Assembly: GCA_023267315.1 (NCBI GenBank)
Contig: JAHFNN010000008.1
Span: 1 to 38,670, forward strand
Source: Candidatus Nomurabacteria bacterium
GTDB lineage: Bacteria; Patescibacteriota; Minisyncoccia; Phycocordibacterales; UBA9973
Length of the DNA stretch: 38,670 bases
Direction of reading: 5' to 3'
Shown here: positions 16,436 through 25,058 of the stretch, one piece after another
Layout: the number at the start of each line of letters is the position of its first letter
Numbering within the stretch: the first letter of the stretch is position 1
The notes under the pieces: generated by a model
The model's database searches: none
The model's input: only the letters and a program-made list of their open reading frames with translations
Told to the model about the DNA's origin: nothing
Position numbers and translations under genes: made by a program

Positions 16436-17530
16436 ATGAAAGTAGAATGCCTTGTTGAAAAACTAAAGAGTGCCGCAGTTATCTGTGAACGAAGTGCTGG
16501 TAAGAATTTATCATTACCAATTCTTTCATCTGTGTTAATTATTGCGAGTGGTAAATCATTGAAATTGCGAGCAACTAATTTAAGTCTTGGAGTGGAGATA
16601 GAGATACCAGCGAAGGTTACTCAAGAAGGGATTGCTGTTGTGAAGGCGGATATATTTAATAATATGCTTTCATCTATTAATTCAAATCAGAATATTGATC
16701 TTGAGCTTGTGAATGATAATCTTCTTATTAAAACAAAACAAAACACTATACTCCTTAAAAGCACTCCATCTGATGATTTTCCAACAATACCAATGGTTGA
16801 AGGTTCTCAAATAGAAATACCCGCTAAAAAAATACTAGAAGCAATTAAAAGTGTTTATTTTAGTGCTTCTATTTCTGATATTCGCCCTGAAACAAATAGT
16901 GTGTACGTGTACGGGGAAGATGATATGTTGATCTGTGTCGCAACAGATTCATTTAGACTTGCTGAAAAGCGAGTTAAGATTAAGAATATAGCTATTTCTC
17001 CAATTTTAATACCACTCAAGAATACAATTGAAATTATTCGTATTTTAGAAAACTGTTCAGGGGATATTGTATTAACAACAAACAAAAATCAACTCTCAAT
17101 TTCATATAATGGAACCTATATCACCTCACGGCTTGTTGACGGAATATTTCCTGACTATAAGCAGATTATTCCAAAAGAACACACTACAGAAGTTGTGGTA
17201 TTAAAGCAGGATATTATATCAGCACTCAAACTTGCTAATATTTTTTCTGATAAATTCAATCAAGTAAATATGACTGTGTCGCCAATAAAGAAAATTTTTG
17301 AAATAAATACAAAAAATAATGATGTTGGAGAAAATAAGACAAAAATAGATGGTGCACTTACTGGAGAAACAGTTGAAGTTAGTTTTAACTATAAATATTT
17401 GTTTGATGCATTCATACCAATCAGTCAGGATAGTGTAAATTTGGAGTTTAACGGTGCCAACAAGCCTGTTGTGATACAAGGAGGCGGGGATATGTCATTT
17501 ACCTACCTTATTATGCCTATAAACAAGTAA
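16436..17530 (+). CDS. dnaN: DNA polymerase III beta sliding clamp
   Basis: It is 364 aa with a typical N-terminus (LPILSSVLIIASGKSLKLRATNLSLGVEIEI) and lies immediately after dnaA. Confidence 0.93.
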   Translation: MKVECLVEKLKSAAVICERSAGKNLSLPILSSVLIIASGKSLKLRATNLSLGVEIEIPAKVTQEGIAVVKADIFNNMLSSINSNQNIDLELVNDNLLIKTKQNTILLKSTPSDDFPTIPMVEGSQIEIPAKKILEAIKSVYFSASISDIRPETNSVYVYGEDDMLICVATDSFRLAEKRVKIKNIAISPILIPLKNTIEIIRILENCSGDIVLTTNKNQLSISYNGTYITSRLVDGIFPDYKQIIPKEHTTEVVVLKQDIISALKLANIFSDKFNQVNMTVSPIKKIFEINTKNNDVGENKTKIDGALTGETVEVSFNYKYLFDAFIPISQDSVNLEFNGANKPVVIQGGGDMSFTYLIMPINK

Positions 17531-17564
17531 TAGGAGTTTGTATGTCTACTACAGACTATACTCT

Positions 17565-17825
17565 ATGAAAAAAATATCAGATTTTTTTGGTAAATTTCAA
17601 ATACACCTTGCTTCAAATGAAGAGGTGATCACTGTTGTTTTGCAAACTCTTAAAGAAATACTCCACAGTGATTTTACAAAAGAAGAAATTCATATAAAAA
17701 ATGGAACACTTACAGTGATTGGAAGTCCACTTATGAAAAATGAGATCTTTATGAAAAAAGATCTCATTTTACAATCTGCGAATAAATTATTGTCACCTAA
17801 AAAACAACTCAAAAATATAAACTAA
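17565..17825 (+). CDS. DUF721/DciA-like small protein
   Basis: ATG 17565 gives MKKISDFFGKF.... The segment IHIKNGTLTVIGSPLMKNEIFMKKDLILQSANKLL resembles DUF721 proteins, which are commonly found near dnaN. The track start at 17538 is TTG. Confidence 0.5.
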   Translation: MKKISDFFGKFQIHLASNEEVITVVLQTLKEILHSDFTKEEIHIKNGTLTVIGSPLMKNEIFMKKDLILQSANKLLSPKKQLKNIN

Positions 17826-20332
17826 GATGTTACGGTGAAAGTTGTCTCACTTTGGTCACTATTTAACACACTATCATACCCAACAACCTTAAGTGTATTC
17901 ACTTCTTGGATATTGGTTACATTTGCGGGGTTGAAATTAAAGATAAAGGGCGCATCTGTCTTTGTTCCCACATATTCATTATTAACAAAGACATCAAATT
18001 TTTTAAGTGGGTAATTTCCTGTCTCAGTAACTGCAACTGAAATTGTTGATTGTTTGCTAAATGTTTGGTTTTGAGTTGGGGATTGGAGAGAAACTTTCGG
18101 CATATTTTGTGCCGTGTGCACATCGTCCACTCCTTGTGGTTTATCCGCGGGAGTTATTATTGGATATTGCCCCGCGTGAGCTGCCCACCATTTCTGAACT
18201 GGGATTTCCCAACGTTCATATTGTGGATCGTCACTTGGATTTGATGGTGGTGCTCCCAGGGGATTCTTCTTATCAACCCAATAAAGGATATCGTGCACAT
18301 TTGTGATTACCTTCTCTTCCTGTGTTTCTTTTGGTGTAAGACTTGTTGCGAGTTTGCCTGAAATTTTATCAACAATAAAACTATCATTTCCTTGCCAGAG
18401 ACCACGTAGCACGGGTTTTATTGTGTCATCAATCGGTGCTGGTGGCTCAAAGGGTTCATTACTTGTATTTGCGAGTGCGAGCGTCATGAATTTATGCCAT
18501 ATTGGTGCAGCAAGTGTTGATCCTCCACCTTTTGTCGGGGTATTGTCGTTGTTACCTGCCCACACACCAGTGACGAGTGATGGTGTGAATCCAATTGTCC
18601 ACCCATCTTTAAAGTTGTTGGTGGTACCTGTTTTTGCTGCGGCGGTATGACCATCAATCACTAAATCTCCATGTGGTTTAAATGTTGGAACACGAGCTTT
18701 ATCATCTGATAGTACATCTGAGATAAGTAACGCAGTATTTTTACTCAAAACCTCCTGTCCTTCTGGTTGGTATTCTTCAAGTACTTTTCCTGTGTTGTCT
18801 TCAACACGCAATATCGATACATACGGATGATGCACACCACCTGCCGCAAAAGTTCCATAGGCTGAGGTCATATCAAGCAGGGAAACTTCTCCACCTCCGA
18901 TTACCAGTGTTAATCCATATTGATTCTGGTCACCTAAACTCTGTATTCCCATATCTCGTGCTGTTTTGATTGCATTATTGATACCGACGAGGTAAAAGAG
19001 TTTAATTGCTGGAATATTGATTGATTGTGCGAGTGCATTTCGAAGTGTCATTGGTCCACGGAATGCACTATCGAAGTTTTGTGGCATATAACAATCAGAT
19101 TGATTATATCCAGGCATTGCAACACCTTCGGGGGTACAGGTTGTTTGAAATTCTGTTGGAACATCGAATAACACCGTATCTGGTGTATATCCCATATTAA
19201 ACGCAGTGGCATAGATGAATGGTTTAAATGAAGATCCTGGTTGGCGGTGGGCGAGTGCTACATTAAAATTTCCATCAATGTTTTTATCGAAATAATTTCG
19301 TGATCCAACCATTGCAAGTATCTGCCCAGTTTTTGGGTCAATGGATACAAGTGACGCATTGCTTGCATTTGAGTTCTTTTCATTAATCAAAGCCTGATCG
19401 AGCACTGTTTTTTCTGCTTCTTGTTGGAGATTGTAATCGAGTGTTGTTGTGACTTTAAGTCCTCCAGATTCAACCATATCTTTACCATATTTTTGTTCCA
19501 AGTAGTCTTTTACAAAGAGCACAAAGTGTGGAGCTAAAATACCTGTAGATTCTTGGGGTTTAAAAACAACCTTCTCGGAGATCGCTGCTTTATATTCTTT
19601 ATCAGTGATATATCCAAGCTCCTTCATTCGTCCTAGCACAGTATTTTTACGAGCATCAAGATCGCTCTTATATTTTCCATATGGAGAGTAGTGTGTCGGA
19701 GCTTTTGGAATAGAGGCAACATAGGCAGCTTCGGCTAAGGTCATATCTTTCGGTTCTTTTCCGAAGAATACTTTTGCGGCCTCTTCAACCCCGTAAATAT
19801 TACCTCCGTATGGATTTTCGTTGAGATATATAGCTAAAATCTGGTCTTTGGTTAGTACTTGTTCAATTTTAATAGCCAACACCCACTCTTTTAATTTTCG
19901 GGTCAGTGTTTTATCACTTGTGAGTAATGTATTCTTAATGATTTGCTGGGTGATTGTTGACCCTCCTTGAGAGAGGTGACCTTTGAGAATATTAGTGAAA
20001 AATGCACGCAAAATGGCTTTAGGTTGAATTCCGCCGTGCTGATAAAATCCATCATCTTCGATTGCCACAGTTGCATTCTTTATATAGGTGCCCATATCCT
20101 CAAACGGTATATCTGTACGCTTGATGTCGTTATGAATGTCATACAAAGGCACTTGCCCGGTACGATCGTATATCTTGGTTGAATTTACAACCGTGCGTGC
20201 GTCAAAAGACTTGAAATCAGGCACCCGAATAGTCCCGAGCCAGATAATGACTCCGGCTAAGGTGAGGATTCCGATACTTATTACTAAGAGTAATGCTTTG
20301 ATAAATGTTTTTTTAGAAAATGGCAATGTCAT
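17822..20332 (-). CDS. Class A penicillin-binding protein (glycosyltransferase GT51 plus transpeptidase) with an extra C-terminal beta domain
   Basis: GT51 motifs are AIEDDGFYQHGG, GGSTITQQ and RKLKEW. Transpeptidase motifs are SSFKP and KTGTT. There is an N-terminal TM anchor. Confidence 0.93.
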   Translation of the reverse strand: MTLPFSKKTFIKALLLVISIGILTLAGVIIWLGTIRVPDFKSFDARTVVNSTKIYDRTGQVPLYDIHNDIKRTDIPFEDMGTYIKNATVAIEDDGFYQHGGIQPKAILRAFFTNILKGHLSQGGSTITQQIIKNTLLTSDKTLTRKLKEWVLAIKIEQVLTKDQILAIYLNENPYGGNIYGVEEAAKVFFGKEPKDMTLAEAAYVASIPKAPTHYSPYGKYKSDLDARKNTVLGRMKELGYITDKEYKAAISEKVVFKPQESTGILAPHFVLFVKDYLEQKYGKDMVESGGLKVTTTLDYNLQQEAEKTVLDQALINEKNSNASNASLVSIDPKTGQILAMVGSRNYFDKNIDGNFNVALAHRQPGSSFKPFIYATAFNMGYTPDTVLFDVPTEFQTTCTPEGVAMPGYNQSDCYMPQNFDSAFRGPMTLRNALAQSINIPAIKLFYLVGINNAIKTARDMGIQSLGDQNQYGLTLVIGGGEVSLLDMTSAYGTFAAGGVHHPYVSILRVEDNTGKVLEEYQPEGQEVLSKNTALLISDVLSDDKARVPTFKPHGDLVIDGHTAAAKTGTTNNFKDGWTIGFTPSLVTGVWAGNNDNTPTKGGGSTLAAPIWHKFMTLALANTSNEPFEPPAPIDDTIKPVLRGLWQGNDSFIVDKISGKLATSLTPKETQEEKVITNVHDILYWVDKKNPLGAPPSNPSDDPQYERWEIPVQKWWAAHAGQYPIITPADKPQGVDDVHTAQNMPKVSLQSPTQNQTFSKQSTISVAVTETGNYPLKKFDVFVNNEYVGTKTDAPFIFNFNPANVTNIQEVNTLKVVGYDSVLNSDQSETTFTVTS

Positions 20333-20339
20333 AAATTAA

Positions 20340-20348
20340 ATCATACCA
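20340..20348 (-). promoter_or_regulatory. Extended -10 element (TGgTATGAT on the minus strand), 7 nt upstream of the PBP ATG
   Basis: The plus strand reads atcataccа-equivalent atcatacca at 20340-20348, whose reverse complement is TGGTATGAT. It is followed by ttaattt and then the ATG at 20332. Confidence 0.4.
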
Positions 20349-20447
20349 TAAAAGACGTACCGCCAAGGACAAAATTACCAAAGTATGGTAGAGTTGTCGG
20401 TATGAATCCGTATGGTTTTATATGGATTTGTAGAGATAAACAGCAAT

Positions 20448-21854
20448 ATGAAAAATAACGATACAAACATAAAAGAACTCTTAAGTCGTGCGGTCGGCGC
20501 CTTTGTTGACCCTGAAGGACTTTTTGAAAAGAAACTCAAAGAGAACCCAGAGAAAGTTATCATAAAATTGGGTTTTGATCCAACTAAACCAGATATTCAC
20601 CTAGGTCATGCGGTCGTTCTTCGTAAACTACGTGCATTTCAAGATCTTGGGTGCAAGGTGGTATTTTTAGTAGGGGATTATACGGCGCAAATCGGTGATC
20701 CCACAGGCAAGAGTGCGGTTCGTCCTGATCTTGAACAGATGGAAGTCGACAAAAACGCAGCGACCTATATTGAACAGGTGGGTAAAATTTTACGTACTGA
20801 TCCAGGAGTGTTTTCATGGATTCGAAATTCTGATTGGTACTATGGGCCGACGGATATTGTCCCAGATCCTCGAGTAACCTCAATCAACATTGAAACAAAA
20901 AAAGAAGATGGTTTCGCTGAAAAAATAACCATTCCAACAAATTCATTTTTAGGCAAGGCTATTTTTTATGAGGAAACTCGAATGCAGAAGACACATTTAA
21001 AACTTCCCAATGTGGCAAACGTCACCTTGAAAGGATTACTTTGGACAATGAAGCATATAACCCACGCACAACTCATTGAGCGTGATATGTTCCAGGATCG
21101 GCTTCAGAATAACCAAGAACTCTACATGCATGAGATGCTCTACCCAATCCTTCAAGGTATTGATTCTTTAATGATTCACCACATCTATGGTGGCTGTGAT
21201 CTTGAAATTGGTGGTACTGATCAACACTTCAATATGTTGATGGGACGCAATGTCATGCGCGCAAACAATGTTCCACCACAGGCAGTACTCTCCTTCAAAC
21301 TTCTTGAAGGCACTGATGGAAAAGAAAAAATGTCCAAGAGTTTGGATAATTATATTGCAATCAACGACACTCCAGAAGATATGTATGGGAAAGTTATGTC
21401 GATACCAGATAGTTCTATTGCGAATTACTTTGAGCTCTGTACCTATACACCACTTGCTGATGTCGAGGATATTAAAAAGGAAATTGAAAAAAGTAAAGTA
21501 AATCCACGTGATTTAAAAATGCGTCTCGGGCGAGAAATTGTTGCAGTGTATCACGGTGATAAAAAAGCCCATGAAGCTGAAGCAGTTTTTGTGAATGTAT
21601 TTCAAAAAAAAGAATTGCCGGAAAATATTGAATCAATTACGGTAACCTCGGGCGCATCTCTCGTCGATGTTGCACTTGAGAATAATATTGTCGAATCTAA
21701 AACAGAAATACGTCGACTCATTGAAGACGGTGCAGTGAAGGAAATAGATGCCGACGGTGGTGAACAAAAAATTACCGATACTGGGTACAAGATTGAAAAA
21801 GAAATAACACTAAAAATAGGGAAGCGACGATTTGTAAAATTCTCTCCAAAATAA
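20448..21854 (+). CDS. tyrS: Tyrosyl-tRNA synthetase with a ~60-aa insertion
   Basis: The HIGH motif is DIHLGH and the KMSKS motif is present. It also has GDYTAQIGDPTGKS and a C-terminal S4 domain (SKTEIRRLIEDGAVKE...KIGKRRFVKF). ATG 20448 (MKNNDTN...) is preferred over the upstream track start. Confidence 0.9.
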   Translation: MKNNDTNIKELLSRAVGAFVDPEGLFEKKLKENPEKVIIKLGFDPTKPDIHLGHAVVLRKLRAFQDLGCKVVFLVGDYTAQIGDPTGKSAVRPDLEQMEVDKNAATYIEQVGKILRTDPGVFSWIRNSDWYYGPTDIVPDPRVTSINIETKKEDGFAEKITIPTNSFLGKAIFYEETRMQKTHLKLPNVANVTLKGLLWTMKHITHAQLIERDMFQDRLQNNQELYMHEMLYPILQGIDSLMIHHIYGGCDLEIGGTDQHFNMLMGRNVMRANNVPPQAVLSFKLLEGTDGKEKMSKSLDNYIAINDTPEDMYGKVMSIPDSSIANYFELCTYTPLADVEDIKKEIEKSKVNPRDLKMRLGREIVAVYHGDKKAHEAEAVFVNVFQKKELPENIESITVTSGASLVDVALENNIVESKTEIRRLIEDGAVKEIDADGGEQKITDTGYKIEKEITLKIGKRRFVKFSPK

Positions 21855-21887
21855 AAAAACACCCGGCATTGGCCGGGTGTTTTTTTA
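21852..21887. terminator. Bidirectional intrinsic terminator
   Basis: AAAAAAACACCCGGC-ATTG-GCCGGGTGTTTTTTT. Confidence 0.85.
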
Positions 21888-21891
21888 TTAT

Positions 21892-22059
21892 TTATATGAA
21901 ACCTTCCTCTTCACCAAATTCTTCGTCGTCATCGAAAGTTTCTCCGATATCTACATCCTCATCTTCAAGGGGATCTACATCCTCAGCATCATCAGTGCCT
22001 AGAAACAGATCATCCTCAGTATCCATAGTCATTAATTCGTCTTCGTCGGTGTAACTCAT
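21892..22059 (-). CDS. Candidate 55-aa extremely acidic small protein (not in the ORF track)
   Basis: Minus-strand translation gives MSYTDEDELMTMDTEDDLFLGTDDAEDVDPLEDEDVDIGETFDDDEEFGEEEGFI followed by a stop. It has 27 D/E residues and no K/R/H. It ends 5 nt before the terminator. The plus-strand ORF 21869..22054 is its antisense shadow and starts inside the terminator stem. Confidence 0.4.
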   Translation of the reverse strand: MSYTDEDELMTMDTEDDLFLGTDDAEDVDPLEDEDVDIGETFDDDEEFGEEEGFI

Positions 22060-22236
22060 AGTGTAAAAATAATTATTAAACGACCTTATAAAATGTGTTT
22101 TGGGTCATATTTTGAGCCCCCTGAAAACACTATATTTTTCTGGTTTTTTATTTTTATCAAAAAGCTTTTATCTTTGCAAGAGGGAGGCCTGTATTCTGGG
22201 GATAACTTGTGGGTTACTTTTTGAAAATGAAAATAA

Positions 22237-22716
22237 TTATAACGAACGTTCATGCGCGAATGCTGTCAGCCCCACTGCGATTGCATCTATTTCATCATCT
22301 ATTTGTTTTTTTTCTGGAAGTACAATCAACCGCTTTACCATTTTACGGACATCTTCTTTATCAGCACGACCATAGCTTGCCACCGCAATTTTAATCTGGA
22401 GCGGTGTAAATTCCCGAATGCCAAGATTATTGCGCGAGGCTTCATAGATAATAACCCCACGAGCCTCTGAGACACCCATGACGGTTTTCTGGTTGGTGGT
22501 CATGAAGAGTGTTTCTATTGCGAGTAGGTCAGGTTTATATTTTTTTATGAGCCGAGCAACTTCTGTTCCGATTAAAAAAATGCGCTCGGATAGCGTCAGT
22601 TTACTACTTGTTTGAAAGCAGTCTGAATACATAAGCACTTCTTTTTTGCCTTGTTCCTTTTCAAGTACAGCAACTCCAAGTCTGTCATACCCTGGGTCTA
22701 TGGCAAGTATTTTCAT
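22237..22716 (-). CDS. ruvC: Crossover junction endodeoxyribonuclease RuvC
   Basis: MKILAIDPGYDRLGVAVLE... carries the catalytic D at the start. The C-terminus has DEIDAIAVGL. ATG 22716 is preferred, since the track start at 22722 is TTG. Confidence 0.9.
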   Translation of the reverse strand: MKILAIDPGYDRLGVAVLEKEQGKKEVLMYSDCFQTSSKLTLSERIFLIGTEVARLIKKYKPDLLAIETLFMTTNQKTVMGVSEARGVIIYEASRNNLGIREFTPLQIKIAVASYGRADKEDVRKMVKRLIVLPEKKQIDDEIDAIAVGLTAFAHERSL

Positions 22717-22722
22717 ATACAA

Positions 22723-23262
22723 TTATTCTGCATTAGTGAACACATCTTGCACTTCATCATTTTCCTCAAGTTCATCAACGATACTATCTAGTTTTGCGAG
22801 ATCTTCATCAGAGAGGGGGATTGTTGTCGTTGGATTCCAGGTGAATCCGTGATCATTTTTTTCATGTGCAAATGCCCAGGCAACAGAACCAATCGCACCA
22901 AGGGTCGCATTGTTTTTTGAAAGAATATGTTTTATTTCTTGGGCTGCCTTGTTTCTGTTGTCGGTGAGCGCCTCGATAATAATACCGACGCCTCCTGGTC
23001 CGTAGGCCTCATACATTATTTTTTCCATATGAGCTCCGGGTTCAGATGCTTTTTTGATAGCTCGCTCAATCGTATCGTTCGGCATATTTGCAGCACGGGC
23101 TTTTTCAATTGCCGCACGAAGTGCTGGAGCTGTCTTATCTCCTTTTGCGAGCTTTGCTTCAGTAGCAATTTGTCGGCCAAATTTTGAAAAGATCTTACTT
23201 TTCTTAGCATCGGTAACACCCTTCTGTCGTTTTATTTGACTCCATTTATTATGTCCTGACAT
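22723..23262 (-). CDS. yebC: YebC/PmpR-family protein, compact 179-aa version
   Basis: It contains MSGHNKWSQIKRQKGVTDAKKSKIFSKFGRQI... and EAYGPGGVGIIIEALTDNRNKAAQEIK. It abuts ruvC with no gap. Confidence 0.88.
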   Translation of the reverse strand: MSGHNKWSQIKRQKGVTDAKKSKIFSKFGRQIATEAKLAKGDKTAPALRAAIEKARAANMPNDTIERAIKKASEPGAHMEKIMYEAYGPGGVGIIIEALTDNRNKAAQEIKHILSKNNATLGAIGSVAWAFAHEKNDHGFTWNPTTTIPLSDEDLAKLDSIVDELEENDEVQDVFTNAE

Positions 23263-23313
23263 AGAGACAGTTTAATGTTAAAACATGAAAGTATCAAGAG
23301 AAAGGAGGTAGTA

Positions 23314-23342
23314 TTGACTTTTATCCAATTAATAAGTATAAT
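23314..23342 (+). promoter_or_regulatory. Near-consensus sigma-70 promoter (TTGACT-17-TATAAT)
   Basis: TTGACT lies at 23314-23319, followed by a 17-nt spacer and TATAAT at 23337-23342. The ATG is 26 nt downstream. Confidence 0.7.
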
Positions 23343-23368
23343 ATAACAAACATTTTAAAACGTATTAT

Positions 23369-23788
23369 ATGAAAAAAACCTATCAGCTGATATTATTCAG
23401 CACTATTGTATTTATGTCTTCTTGTATTACAGAAAAGGAAGAACTATCAGAAATTCTAACTGAAAAAGGTGTTGTCGTGGATCTTGTCTACACCCCTAAA
23501 AATCATGGCAGTGATCTTGGTGTCGGAATCACGACCGGAGGAGACCTCTCCTTTACTCCAGTGGATGTAAATATTCCTGAAAAATATGCTGTTGTTTTTA
23601 AATGCCACGATCATAATGCTAAATTTGTGATTCAAAATAATCAACAAAAAGCCAATGAAATGTGGCATCGGCTGACAGAGCATCAAGAGGTGGTGATTTC
23701 TTACCGCAAAGTATTTAATGTTACTTATGACGGGGACAAGGAAATTAAAAGAGACCTGAAGGATTTGCAATTCGTTGATGCGAAATAG
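23369..23788 (+). CDS. Small lipoprotein, function unknown
   Basis: MKKTYQLILFSTIVFMSSC carries a lipobox-like MSSC. The gene has its own promoter and terminator. Confidence 0.65.
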   Translation: MKKTYQLILFSTIVFMSSCITEKEELSEILTEKGVVVDLVYTPKNHGSDLGVGITTGGDLSFTPVDVNIPEKYAVVFKCHDHNAKFVIQNNQQKANEMWHRLTEHQEVVISYRKVFNVTYDGDKEIKRDLKDLQFVDAK

Positions 23789-23812
23789 TTTTTTAAGTCA
23801 AATAAGTTTATT

Positions 23813-23847
23813 AACAGGGTTCGTTATTTTTAGCGAGCCCTGTTTTT
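23813..23847 (+). terminator. Intrinsic terminator of the lipoprotein gene
   Basis: AACAGGGTTCG-(10-nt loop)-CGAGCCCTGTT forms a stem with one U-G pair that is valid only on the plus strand. TTTTT follows and overlaps the ruvB stop codon. Confidence 0.6.
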
Positions 23848-24862
23848 ATATGAGTTTTTCCTGTTTTGGTTCCGGAAAATCAAAACCCAAATGTTCATAT
23901 GCTGTTCTCGTTGCAATTCTTCCACGAGGCGTTCGTTCGAGTAGCCCTCGCTGTATCAGATATGGTTCCGTTACTTCTTCGATGGTTGCTTCTTCTTCTG
24001 ATGTTGCAGCGGCGATGGTACCTAAGCCAACTGGGCCACCATTGAATTTTTCAATAATCGTTTTGAGCACATTACGATCTGATTCAGAGAGGCCAAGCTC
24101 ATCGATTCCCAAAAGTGAAAGCGCAAGGAAGACTGTCTTCTTATCCAAATCTTTTTTATGAACCTGCGCGTAGTCTCGACAGCGTTTTAAAAAGTAGTTT
24201 GCGGTACGTGGAGTGAATCGAGAACGTTTTGCAATTTCTTCGAGCGCATATTCATCTACACTGATTCCTAATATCTTTGCACTACGCGCGACGATTTTTT
24301 TTATTTCATCTTCAGAATAAAATTCCAAGCGGAACACTCCTCCACCAAATCGAGAGCGAAGTGGGGAAGAGAGGAGGGCAATGCGTGTTGTCGCTGCAAT
24401 TAATGTAAATGGAGGGAGCTCGAGTTGTATCGTTCGTGCCGATGGACCTTTTCCGATAATGATATCAAGTACACCGGATTCCATTGCGGGGTAGAGTACT
24501 TCTTCCACCATTTTATTTAACCGGTGTATCTCATCAATAAAAATAATATCACCTGGCGAGAGGTTTGTGAGGATTGAGGCAAGATCTCCCACCTTTTCAA
24601 TTGCAGGACCCGAAGTAATTTTTATCTGACGGCCCGTTTCTTTAGCAATCAAATGTGCGAGTGTTGTTTTACCCAAGCCCGGTGGGCCATAAAAAAGGAT
24701 ATGTTCCGCTGGGTGATTGCGTTCCTTGGCTGCTTGCAGGAGGATTCGTAGGTTTTCCTTGATTGTTTCTTGGCCAATGTACTCGTCCCAGGCTCCGGGG
24801 CGGAGGGTTTGGTCGAGAAATAGATCATCATTCTTTTCAGTTTTAATATCTTTTGATTCCAT
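23846..24862 (-). CDS. ruvB: Holliday junction branch migration helicase RuvB
   Basis: Walker A is [11 protein letters not shown] and Walker B is [10 protein letters not shown]. The C-terminal winged helix contains [17 protein letters not shown]. Confidence 0.96.
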   Translation of the reverse strand: MESKDIKTEKNDDLFLDQTLRPGAWDEYIGQETIKENLRILLQAAKERNHPAEHILFYGPPGLGKTTLAHLIAKETGRQIKITSGPAIEKVGDLASILTNLSPGDIIFIDEIHRLNKMVEEVLYPAMESGVLDIIIGKGPSARTIQLELPPFTLIAATTRIALLSSPLRSRFGGGVFRLEFYSEDEIKKIVARSAKILGISVDEYALEEIAKRSRFTPRTANYFLKRCRDYAQVHKKDLDKKTVFLALSLLGIDELGLSESDRNVLKTIIEKFNGGPVGLGTIAAATSEEEATIEEVTEPYLIQRGLLERTPRGRIATRTAYEHLGFDFPEPKQEKLI

Positions 24863-24925
24863 TGTATAAAACCCTCTGAACCCTTATTTTTTAGTCTGTT
24901 TTTTGTAATTTACACCAAATGAGCA

Positions 24926-25012
24926 GTGTTTTTTAGAAAACATTACGGAGGCTGACGAGCCGAGTATAGAAAATCTAAAGCCTTAGATTATTCGCGTTTT
25001 CTAAAAGAACAC
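24926..25012. repeat. Long-range inverted repeat (16 bp with one bulge) enclosing a 7-bp hairpin, upstream of ruvB
   Basis: GTGTTTTTTAGAAAAC (24926-24941) pairs with GTTTTCTAAAAGAACAC (24996-25012). The inner hairpin AATCTAA-AGCC-TTAGATT lies at 24972-24989. A minus-strand TATACT sits at 24963-24968. Confidence 0.6.
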
Positions 25013-25023
25013 CCGAATAGCCC

Positions 25024-25052
25024 TTGACTTTATATTTAGTGTATGCTATACT
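25024..25052 (+). promoter_or_regulatory. Near-consensus sigma-70 promoter (TTGACT-17-TATACT) with no ORF downstream
   Basis: TTGACT lies at 25024-25029, followed by a 17-nt spacer and TATACT at 25047-25052. There is no ATG in the following ~100 nt. A second promoter-like element lies at 25153-25185. CTATCTGCA follows both -10 boxes. Confidence 0.6.
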
Positions 25053-25058
25053 ATCTGC

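Noticed and set aside
20333-20447. T-box leader upstream of tyrS
   Set aside because: Only 115 nt separate tyrS from the divergent PBP gene, which is too short for a T-box. No specifier-loop or T-box sequence was recognised. Only a 7-bp inverted repeat (TACCATA...TATGGTA) is present.
21869-22054. 61-aa Ser-rich plus-strand ORF
   Set aside because: It begins inside the tyrS terminator stem and is the antisense image of the acidic minus-strand ORF. No promoter or terminator fits it.
23303-23308. Perfect AGGAGG Shine-Dalgarno-like string
   Set aside because: No start codon lies 5-10 nt downstream on either strand, and it sits upstream of the -35 box of the lipoprotein promoter.
25007-25018. 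LexA/Cheo-type SOS box upstream of ruvB
   Set aside because: GAACACCCGAAT does not match GAAC-N4-GTTC.
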